A stretch of 64,000 nucleotides of DNA from Eubacteriales bacterium (GTDB lineage Bacteria; Bacillota; Clostridia; Oscillospirales; CAG-382): assembly GCA_050953105.1 (NCBI GenBank), contig JBMNMA010000007.1, forward strand, positions 130,461 to 194,460, written 5' to 3'. How positions within the stretch are numbered: position 1 is the first letter of the stretch; the number at the start of each line of letters is the position of its first letter. The notes under the pieces were generated by a model. That model saw only the letters and a list, made by a program, of their open reading frames with translations. It did not search any database and had not been told where the DNA came from. Both the position numbers and the translations under genes were made by a program. Positions 9,497-16,875 of the stretch are shown here, one piece after another.

Positions 9497-9874
9497 ATGA
9501 TGAAAGACTTTAAGGATTTTTTGGATACCATCAGCGATCCCATAAAAAGGGAGAGGATGGAAGGCATAATAAACTTTATCCGTAAATCCTTCCCAAAGCT
9601 TAACGAGGAAATAAAATGGAATCAGCCCATGTTCTCCCACCACGGAACATTTATCATAGCCTTTTCCATAGCCAAGCCCCATATAGCCGTAGCCCCCGAA
9701 GGGGTAGCCATAAACCGCTTTAAGGACGACATAGAAAAGGCAGGGTATTCCCATACGTCCGGAATGTTTCGCATCAAGTGGTCTGATAAGGTGGACTTTG
9801 ACCTGCTTTATAATATGATAGCCTTTAACATTGAGGACAAAAAGGACATGACAAAGTTCTGGCGTGAAGGTTGA
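9497..9874 (+). CDS. DUF1801 (YdhG-like) domain protein
   Basis: The motif EEIKWNQPMFSHHGTFIIAFSIAKPHIAV is typical of DUF1801/iron-chaperone-like proteins. Confidence 0.6.
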   Translation: MMKDFKDFLDTISDPIKRERMEGIINFIRKSFPKLNEEIKWNQPMFSHHGTFIIAFSIAKPHIAVAPEGVAINRFKDDIEKAGYSHTSGMFRIKWSDKVDFDLLYNMIAFNIEDKKDMTKFWREG

Positions 9875-9960
9875 AAATAAAGCTCGCCGTATGCGATTGA
9901 TGTTGTTATGCTTAACCGCCGGCAGGGGGCGGTTAATTACGCCGGAATTGTATGAAAAAC

Positions 9961-9990
9961 AAAAGCTCCGTTAAAACAGGAGCTTTTATA
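9961..9990 (+). terminator. Hairpin terminator after the DUF1801 gene
   Basis: Stem aaaagctcc / ggagctttt with a 9-nt loop. A second GC hairpin lies at 9912-9936. Confidence 0.5.
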
Positions 9991-10057
9991 AATATCCCTT
10001 CCATTTTGCCAAAAATGTGGTATAATATGTCAGACCAAATTAAAGGCGGGGAAGTTT

Positions 10058-11566
10058 ATGCGGCAATTAAGGCTAATATTGGTTTTGCTTTTAACAATGG
10101 CGTTAATAACCTCCTGCGTATCGGCCGTCCCGGCAGATAATGAAAGTGCCGGCAGCGAAATGGCAGAAAATTCGACAAATTCCGAAAGCAGTATAAATAT
10201 GACGGAAAGCGAAAGCTCGGAAAATGCCGAAAGTTCGGAAAATGCCGAAAGTTCGGAGGAAAGTTTGTCCCAACCGGAGGACGAAAGCATATATGCCTCC
10301 GAAGGCTCGGAGGCTGTATATGTGCCGACTGCGGAGGATTTCTACCTGCGGATAGACCAATTCCGCCAAAGCCTTGATGGGTTTATGGGAGCAAAGCTTG
10401 ATTTTGGCTTTTGCAAATGGTTATCCGCCGCTTTCGGCCTTGAGATTTTGGAGGAAATATCCGAATCGCTGGAAAATGAAAGTTACGGCTATGAAATGTT
10501 TTACACCCTTACTGGTATGACCGGAAAGGTGCTGTATGACGAATATCTTGACAGATATAACCCTCAAAGCCCCTATTTTGCCGGAAATATTACCAAACTG
10601 ACACCCAAAAACGGGGACAAAACGGTAATTACCATTGCCGGGGACATATCCCTTGCCGACAACTGGCGGAATGTGGATAATGCCGTCAAGTCCGGGAAAA
10701 CCATAACCGACTATATCGACCAAAGGTATGTAAACCAGCTTATATCATCCGACATTGCGGCAGTAAACAACGAGTTTACCATAAGCAACCGGGGTGCCCC
10801 GCTTGTAAGCAAAAAATATACCCTAAGGGCAAAGCCGGAAAACATAGATATGTATAAGCAAATCGGTGTTAACCTTGTTTTCCTTGCCAATAACCATATT
10901 TACGACTATGGTAAAGACGCTTTTCTAGACACCCTTGACCATCTTAAAGGGGCCGGGATTCACTATGTCGGTGCGGGGAAAAATCTGCCGGAGGCCATGA
11001 CACCTAAGTATTTTATTATAAACGGACGGAAAATAGCCTTTGTGGCCGGCAACCGGTCTGAAAAATATATATTAACCCCCGCCGCAGGGGAAAATTCACC
11101 GGGAGTGTTACGGTGTTACGAAACCACCCTTATGAAACAGGCCATTGCCGAGGCAAGGGAAAACGCCGATTTTGTTATTGCCTACCTTCACTGGGGGGAC
11201 GAATTTGTCCACCAGTTTAATTCCACCCAGCAGTCCCAGGGTTACGAATACATAGATGCCGGGGCGGATGTGGTGGTGGGTTCCCACACCCACTGCTTAC
11301 AGGGGGCGGAATTTTATAAGGGAAAACCCATTATTTACAGCCTGGGCAATTTCTGGTTTTCGGGCAACACCGAGGAAATGGCAATGCTTAAAATAACCAT
11401 AAACTCCGACGGCAGTGGGGAATATAACATACTTTTAGGCAGGGAACACTACTTTTCCACAGTATGGGCCGAAGGTAATCAGCTGAAAAGCCTTACCGAC
11501 TTTTTTATAGGTCTTTCAAAAAATCTAAAGGTCGGGGAAAACGGCCTGTTATTGCCTGATAATTAA
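10058..11566 (+). CDS. CapA-family (PGA_cap metallophosphatase-like) lipoprotein
   Basis: The signal peptide ends in ITSC. Motifs ITIAGDISLADNW, LANNHIYDYG, AYLHWGDEF, VVVGSHTHCLQG and YSLGNFWF are present. Confidence 0.85.
   Translation: MRQLRLILVLLLTMALITSCVSAVPADNESAGSEMAENSTNSESSINMTESESSENAESSENAESSEESLSQPEDESIYASEGSEAVYVPTAEDFYLRIDQFRQSLDGFMGAKLDFGFCKWLSAAFGLEILEEISESLENESYGYEMFYTLTGMTGKVLYDEYLDRYNPQSPYFAGNITKLTPKNGDKTVITIAGDISLADNWRNVDNAVKSGKTITDYIDQRYVNQLISSDIAAVNNEFTISNRGAPLVSKKYTLRAKPENIDMYKQIGVNLVFLANNHIYDYGKDAFLDTLDHLKGAGIHYVGAGKNLPEAMTPKYFIINGRKIAFVAGNRSEKYILTPAAGENSPGVLRCYETTLMKQAIAEARENADFVIAYLHWGDEFVHQFNSTQQSQGYEYIDAGADVVVGSHTHCLQGAEFYKGKPIIYSLGNFWFSGNTEEMAMLKITINSDGSGEYNILLGREHYFSTVWAEGNQLKSLTDFFIGLSKNLKVGENGLLLPDN
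10211..10260 (+). repeat. In-frame 18-bp tandem repeat (about 2.8 copies) encoding ESSENA units
   Basis: gaaagctcggaaaatgcc / gaaagttcggaaaatgcc / gaaagttcggagga, inside the CapA N-terminal linker. Confidence 0.9.
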
Positions 11567-11596
11567 ACTAACTTAAATAAAAACCGGGGTAACGTA

Positions 11597-12463
11597 ATGC
11601 ATTTTGTCAACGCAAAGGGAATACTATCACCAAATAACGGCATGAACATATACCGTGGATGCACCCATGGTTGTATATATTGCGACAGCCGGTCGGTGTG
11701 CTACCAGATGAATCACGATTTTGAGGACATTGAGGTTAAGCAAAACGCCCCGGAGCTGCTTGAAAAGGCGCTGCGTTCCAAGCGCAGACGGTGCATGATA
11801 GGCACCGGCGCAATGTGCGACCCTTATATGCACTGTGAAGAAAAGCTGTTTCTTACCCGCAAATGCCTTGAAATTATTGAAAAATACGGCTTCGGTATTG
11901 CCATTCAAACCAAGTCCGACAGGGTGCTTGGGGATTTGGATCTGCTAAAGCGGATAAACCAAAAGGCAAAGGCGGTGGTTCAGATGACGCTGACCACCTA
12001 TGACGAGGAGCTATGCAAAATAATCGAACCCAAGGTTTCCACCACCAGAGAAAGGTTTGAAGCATTAAAGGTTTTACGGGACAACGGTATCCCCACGGTG
12101 GTGTGGCTTGATCCCATTCTCCCGTTTATAAACGATACCGAGGAAAACCTGCGGGGAATACTCGGTTACTGCTTTGAATCTAAGGTTAAGGGAATTATCT
12201 GCTTTAATATGGGGGTAACCTTGCGAGAAGGTGACAGGGAATATTTTTATAAAAAGCTTGACGAGCATTTCCCGGGTTTAAAGGAAAAATACCACCAGAA
12301 ATATGGCTTTGCCTATGAGGTGATCAGCGACAATAATGCAAACCTAATGAAAATTTTCCGTGCCGAATGCAAAGCCAACGGCGTTATGCATGAATCTTCC
12401 GAAGTTTTCGAATACTTGCGCCATTTTCCCGAATATGAGGTGGAGCAGTTAAAGTTGTTTTAA
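11597..12463 (+). CDS. Radical SAM protein, SPL (spore photoproduct lyase-like, COG1533) family
   Basis: A CxxxCxxC cluster motif, CTHGCIYC, lies near the N-terminus. Length and layout fit the family. Confidence 0.75.
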   Translation: MHFVNAKGILSPNNGMNIYRGCTHGCIYCDSRSVCYQMNHDFEDIEVKQNAPELLEKALRSKRRRCMIGTGAMCDPYMHCEEKLFLTRKCLEIIEKYGFGIAIQTKSDRVLGDLDLLKRINQKAKAVVQMTLTTYDEELCKIIEPKVSTTRERFEALKVLRDNGIPTVVWLDPILPFINDTEENLRGILGYCFESKVKGIICFNMGVTLREGDREYFYKKLDEHFPGLKEKYHQKYGFAYEVISDNNANLMKIFRAECKANGVMHESSEVFEYLRHFPEYEVEQLKLF

Positions 12464-12554
12464 TTGATAGCTATATTTAACGCTTATGCATGGTCAAAAC
12501 CGTATAATTAAATAAAAAGCGCCTCCCCCCACATGGAAAGGTAAAATACATATA

Positions 12555-12592
12555 AAAATAATACGGCAGGCTATACACGCCTGCCGTTTTTG
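12555..12592. terminator. Bidirectional terminator between the convergent radical SAM and GH84 genes
   Basis: Stem acggcaggc / gcctgccgt, with an A-run upstream and a T-run downstream. Confidence 0.75.
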
Positions 12593-12597
12593 ATTTG

Positions 12598-15165
12598 CTA
12601 TCTGAAGGTTACCTCGTTTATATGGGGTATCACATTGCCTTTCCATTTGAAAACAATTGCCATTACCCCTTCCGTAAGGGTAAAGGTGTTATAATAGCCG
12701 TCAAGGCTGCCAAGGATTGTTTCATTATCCCCGGACACAGCCACCACGTCCGCACCGCAAAGCGTCGATTGCAGCACCGTCAGAACCGTCACACCTTCGG
12801 GGATGTTATTTATACTTATATGCTCTCCTTCGGCAGGAGCAATCTCAGCCCTGTAAAACGTTGAAAGGTCGTTGTCAAACATTCTGAAAGCCTCGTGACC
12901 ATACTCACCAAAGGGGTTGCCGGTTATTTCGGGGCAGGTTTCTTCCACATTTACGGCAAAATCCGAAACCGACATCCAGTAGTCCTGCTTTGACACCGAA
13001 ATATATCTCACATACCGGCATTGAATGTCAAGGCCCGACAGAGCCACCAATTTTGAGGTTTGAATTTCCCCAACATTCACCCATTCCACGCCGTCCACCG
13101 AATATTGCATCTGCCCCCGGCGGATATAGTCAAGACCGTATGCATCGCAGCCCGATTTTAACACAATGTTGTGAACATGAGTCACCTTGCCAAGATCAAG
13201 CTTTATCCAATAACCCTCGGTGGCGCTGCTTGCCGACCAGTAGTAGGTCTTGTCGTCATCGTCGGTTGCGTAGCTTATACGGTAATTCTGATAACTTCCC
13301 AGCGAGCTTGAAGCCGTGGCCTTAAGCTTGGAAACGGTGGTTTTAATTTCAAGGGGATTTTTAGATTTAAGCCCCTCGCCTGCCTTTGCCAGCATGGCAG
13401 GTGCTTTGTCGTTTAGGAAGGGGGCTATAACATCCTTGCTGAAATAGACGGAATTTGCGTCATATCTCTCTTTAACAAAATAAAACTCCACCGCCTTTTC
13501 CCAAAAGGTTTTTTCGTCCTCTGCCCGCAGGGCGTCAATAAGGCTTATCCCCATCGCTGCCGTATCAGCCGCCTTGTCAAGCCAGGGGGAAATTTCGTTT
13601 ATAAAACCTTCGTTTTTGTCCTTTTCCCTTATTTCAGCCACGGCTGATTGGAGTTTGGTAAAATAATCGTAAAGGGTATCGGTCGCCTTGCCGGTTTCTC
13701 CTTTGTTATATTCAATAATAAAGGAATTTATATATCTTGCGAAAGCCGTAGAATCCTTGTCGCCGTTTAAGTTGGTTGCAAAGGAGTTTTCGCTGAACAT
13801 TAAAACCGAGTCAAAGGTTTCCGGGTGAAGGGTGTTTATTGCGGCATGGAAGGAATCCTTATAGGAATATTTATCGGGATTCCACAGGTAATTGGCAAGG
13901 GTGAAAAGGGGGATTTTTGCTGCTTCCGCCTGGTTCATGGGGTTGGAAAGAAAGCCGCATACCTCATTTACCAGGTTTTTTGAAAGATTTTTCACTCCGT
14001 CTGTAAACAGATGGTTGGGCGCCCAGTCGTTTACGGGATAATTCCACCACAACAGCATTTTCCGGCCGTAGGTGGAGTTGGGTTTGTCGAAGTCCCCCAT
14101 AGATAATTTAAGGTCAATGGAAGGCCCCGTCCACATAACCAAAACCTTGTCGTTAAGGTTTACGGCGACGGTGTTGGTATATTCGGCCGTTACGGCGGTG
14201 TCAAGATATTCGGCAAATATGGTTATAAGCTCGGCAAGGTCTGTATGCTTTGCATAAAATTCCTCACGAAAATCGTTTACCAGCCTTGCGTGGTATGATG
14301 CCGTTTCGGCGGTGCGGACAGGGAGGTCGTCAAGAAGCAGGGCAAAATGCCTGACGCCAAGGGCGTATAGCATGTCGCATTTTTCAATAAGCTTTGCCTT
14401 GTCGGCTTCATATCCTGAGCCGAAATCCATATCCAACCCCGGGGAAATGGCATAAACAAAGTTTACATAATTTCTTTTGCAGGTGTCTATAAGTTCTCCA
14501 AGTGCTTTCTTTTCCTTGTCGGTATAAGGCTCTCTCCATTTTTCCCGGTGCTTGGGATCATCCTTGGGGGCATACATATAGGTGTTCATTTTATATTTGC
14601 CCAAAAACTCTATAATCGACAGCCGGTTTTGGTTTGACCAGGGTTTGCCGTAAAATCCCTCCACCACCCCACGGATAGGGAAAGCGGGGGAATCTTCTAT
14701 TTCCGCCATTTTAAGCTTATTGCCGTAAAGCATCTGCCGGAAAGTCAAAACGGCATAATGCTGACCGGCATTCCCGGATGACGAAATAACCATATTTTCC
14801 CCGGTGGTGTTGATGTAATAACCCTCACCTTCGGGGGATATTTCATTTTTGCTCCCAAGGTAGATTTTAACACGGGCATTGGCATTAATTTCAATGCCGT
14901 TGGCCTTGATAAACTCTTTAAGCAGGTCTAAGGCATTGTTATTTGTGGTTTCGTCGGATATTATTTCAACCTTGTCAAGGACAATAACCTGATTGGTTTC
15001 GGTCATATTCTTCACTTCCGGATATATAATAATTTTTTCGTTATCGGGTAAGATCACCGGCTCGTCATAAGCCTCGGAACTTTCGGTATCAACGTCGGGT
15101 GGACTGGCGCAGGAATACAATAAAATTAAAATAAAAGCTAAAAAACAAATTAAAATCCTTCTCAC
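12598..15165 (-). CDS. GH84 beta-N-acetylglucosaminidase (O-GlcNAcase/NagJ-like) lipoprotein with two C-terminal discoidin (F5/8 type C, CBM32-like) modules
   Basis: IRGVVEGFYGKPW, YMYAPKDDPKHR and the catalytic Asp pair in ALLLDDLP. The signal peptide ends in LLYSC. Start codon is GTG with GGAGG upstream. The C-terminal YWIKLDLG and YVRYISV blocks are discoidin-like. Confidence 0.88.
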   Translation of the reverse strand: MRRILICFLAFILILLYSCASPPDVDTESSEAYDEPVILPDNEKIIIYPEVKNMTETNQVIVLDKVEIISDETTNNNALDLLKEFIKANGIEINANARVKIYLGSKNEISPEGEGYYINTTGENMVISSSGNAGQHYAVLTFRQMLYGNKLKMAEIEDSPAFPIRGVVEGFYGKPWSNQNRLSIIEFLGKYKMNTYMYAPKDDPKHREKWREPYTDKEKKALGELIDTCKRNYVNFVYAISPGLDMDFGSGYEADKAKLIEKCDMLYALGVRHFALLLDDLPVRTAETASYHARLVNDFREEFYAKHTDLAELITIFAEYLDTAVTAEYTNTVAVNLNDKVLVMWTGPSIDLKLSMGDFDKPNSTYGRKMLLWWNYPVNDWAPNHLFTDGVKNLSKNLVNEVCGFLSNPMNQAEAAKIPLFTLANYLWNPDKYSYKDSFHAAINTLHPETFDSVLMFSENSFATNLNGDKDSTAFARYINSFIIEYNKGETGKATDTLYDYFTKLQSAVAEIREKDKNEGFINEISPWLDKAADTAAMGISLIDALRAEDEKTFWEKAVEFYFVKERYDANSVYFSKDVIAPFLNDKAPAMLAKAGEGLKSKNPLEIKTTVSKLKATASSSLGSYQNYRISYATDDDDKTYYWSASSATEGYWIKLDLGKVTHVHNIVLKSGCDAYGLDYIRRGQMQYSVDGVEWVNVGEIQTSKLVALSGLDIQCRYVRYISVSKQDYWMSVSDFAVNVEETCPEITGNPFGEYGHEAFRMFDNDLSTFYRAEIAPAEGEHISINNIPEGVTVLTVLQSTLCGADVVAVSGDNETILGSLDGYYNTFTLTEGVMAIVFKWKGNVIPHINEVTFR

Positions 15166-15256
15166 TATAACCTCCGGAGGGAAAAAGAAAAAATAAATTT
15201 ATATGATTATATCATTTTTCCATGATAAAAACAAGATGTATGTTTTCGTCCTAATA

Positions 15257-15288
15257 AATGAAAACCCCCTGTGGTTTAACACAGGGGG
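15257..15288 (-). terminator. Terminator downstream of the DUF4430 gene
   Basis: Stem ccccctgtg / cacaggggg followed on the minus strand by ttttcatt. Confidence 0.7.
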
Positions 15289-15294
15289 TAAAAG

Positions 15295-15708
15295 TCAGGA
15301 TATAGGGAAGTAGTGGATGAAAACAATATAATTTAACTCAATCACGTCCCCCTCCTTTATTTCGGCCAAAACTCCGTTTTCAGGGGTTTCGCCGTTAAGG
15401 GTGACCACCCATGCTCGGGTGTAGGAGTTGTCGGGGGCATCGTAAAAGTCAAAGTCACCGACTTTAATAAAATTTCCGTCAAAGAAATAATCAATTTTAC
15501 CCGCTTTGGTAAGTGCGGTCAACACCCCGTCGATGGTGGGTGTTCCGAGAGCATATTTGTATGAACTGTTCTCGTAAACAACCCCCGAAAAACCCGATTC
15601 CGAGTCGGCCACGGTTATTTTTACCGTAACCTTAAGTGAGGGTGTTTTATCAGAGCAGGCGCAAAGGAGGAGTGAAATTAGCAGGAAACAAGCGATAAGC
15701 TTTCTCAT
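15295..15708 (-). CDS. DUF4430-domain lipoprotein
   Basis: Lipobox LLLCAC. The motif WVVTLNGE...EIKEGDVIELNY is typical of DUF4430 (transcobalamin-like fold). Confidence 0.6.
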   Translation of the reverse strand: MRKLIACFLLISLLLCACSDKTPSLKVTVKITVADSESGFSGVVYENSSYKYALGTPTIDGVLTALTKAGKIDYFFDGNFIKVGDFDFYDAPDNSYTRAWVVTLNGETPENGVLAEIKEGDVIELNYIVFIHYFPIS

Positions 15709-15732
15709 ACCGCTACTCCTTTTTATGTATAT

Positions 15733-16686
15733 TTATTTACTTATCAGCGTCATTACCCAGTCGGTGAAGGCCAGCATGGCTGGTATGGTTACCACCGAAA
15801 ACAGGGAGGTTACTCCGATACAGGAGGCGGCAAGGGGGGAATTGGCTTTATACATTTCGCAAAACAGCGCCGAATTTGCGGCGGTGGGGACGGCTGCCAT
15901 AATAACAAGCACGTATGTCAACCCCTGGTCAATGGAAAACAAAGCGCAAATTGTAAGCACGAACAAGGGCAAAAGCAGCAGTCTGGCAAATGCAAAGGTG
16001 TAAAGCTTGCGCTTGAAAAGGTTTGTAAAGGGCTGGTTGCAAAGTATTGAACCTACAACAAGCATTGACAAGGGGAATGTCAGCTCGCCCACGGAGGCCA
16101 CGGTGTTATATATGGGAGTGGGAAGCTGAATTGCAAGCACAAACAGTAAAATGCCTATGACCGAGGCAATGGTGCCGGGATTTACAAGGGCTTTAAGCAG
16201 CGCTTTCTGGTCCTTTTTTCCACGGTTAAGCAAATATACACCGTAGGTTCTTATGTAGACGTTAAACACAAGAGTAAAGGCCGCCCCGTAAAACAGCCCG
16301 TTCTGGGGGAATACGGCGGTGAGTATGGGAAAGCCCATAAAGGCGCAGTTACCGAAGATGAGTGAAAATTCAAGGGTTACCCGGTCTGCCTTTTCGTTGT
16401 TTTTAAGCAGTATTCTGGCAAGAACCGAAAAAGTCACATGGATGACTATCGAAGCCGCAATAATTTCAAGGGCGATAATCAGCTTTTCGCCGGTTATTTC
16501 GGTTTGGAAAGAGGCTATTATCAAAAAGGGATGGGTAATGTTAACCACAAAGTTTGAAAGCTTTCTCGTGGTGGGCAAGTCGATTATCCCTACTTTTCTT
16601 ACAAAAACTCCCAAAAGGAGGATTAAGAAAAGGGGAATTATTACGTTTATAACCGATGTGATGGGGATATTCATGCCAAAAATCAA
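15733..16686 (-). CDS. AEC (auxin efflux carrier) family permease
   Basis: About 10 TM segments. The N-terminus IIPLFLILLLGVFVRKVGI is typical of AEC transporters. The start is ambiguous: TTG at 16686 or ATG at 16674. Confidence 0.78.
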   Translation of the reverse strand: MIFGMNIPITSVINVIIPLFLILLLGVFVRKVGIIDLPTTRKLSNFVVNITHPFLIIASFQTEITGEKLIIALEIIAASIVIHVTFSVLARILLKNNEKADRVTLEFSLIFGNCAFMGFPILTAVFPQNGLFYGAAFTLVFNVYIRTYGVYLLNRGKKDQKALLKALVNPGTIASVIGILLFVLAIQLPTPIYNTVASVGELTFPLSMLVVGSILCNQPFTNLFKRKLYTFAFARLLLLPLFVLTICALFSIDQGLTYVLVIMAAVPTAANSALFCEMYKANSPLAASCIGVTSLFSVVTIPAMLAFTDWVMTLISK

Positions 16687-16815
16687 ATCCTTTTTATGCA
16701 GTCTGTTGCATTTGTATTAATTTTGAAAAATATCTTCTTTATAATAGCATGGTGCGCATAAAATGTCAATAAAGGTCGCAGGCAATAAATAAAAAAATAA
16801 AAGGGCAAAAAACTG

Positions 16816-16844
16816 TTGCTATGGCAGGTTAATATGTGTATAAT
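16816..16844 (+). promoter_or_regulatory. Putative promoter of the dockerin/DUF4855 gene
   Basis: ttgcta, 17-nt spacer, tataat (16839-16844). It overlaps the ORF-track start, which is therefore rejected. Confidence 0.5.
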
Positions 16845-16875
16845 AAATATAATAATCACATTTACGGAGGCCTGT

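Noticed and set aside
9165-9754. Overlapping ORFs 9165-9392 (+), 9343-9567 (-) and 9398-9754 (-).
   Set aside because: They overlap the better-supported DUF6485-like and DUF1801 genes, which have strong RBSs and family-like sequences, and they lack start contexts.
9952-10140. A 62-aa plus-strand ORF upstream of and overlapping the CapA start.
   Set aside because: It contains the terminator hairpin of the upstream gene and runs into the CapA signal peptide in another frame. There is no RBS.
10211-10260. An 18-bp tandem repeat, considered as a possible CRISPR-like or regulatory repeat.
   Set aside because: The units are directly adjacent with no spacers. They are in frame inside the CapA linker and encode an ESSENA low-complexity segment. 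No other CRISPR-like periodicity was seen anywhere in the window.
16816-16875. ORF-track N-terminal extensions of real genes: the dockerin protein at 16816, secA at 33188, rsmG at 36872, the membrane protein at 30445, the pilin-like gene at 9027, the minor pilin at 41433, and the acidic protein at 22944.
   Set aside because: In each case an internal ATG with a good Shine-Dalgarno gives the family-typical N-terminus (a signal peptide, or the SecA MSLFTK start). The longer versions overlap promoters or the upstream gene.
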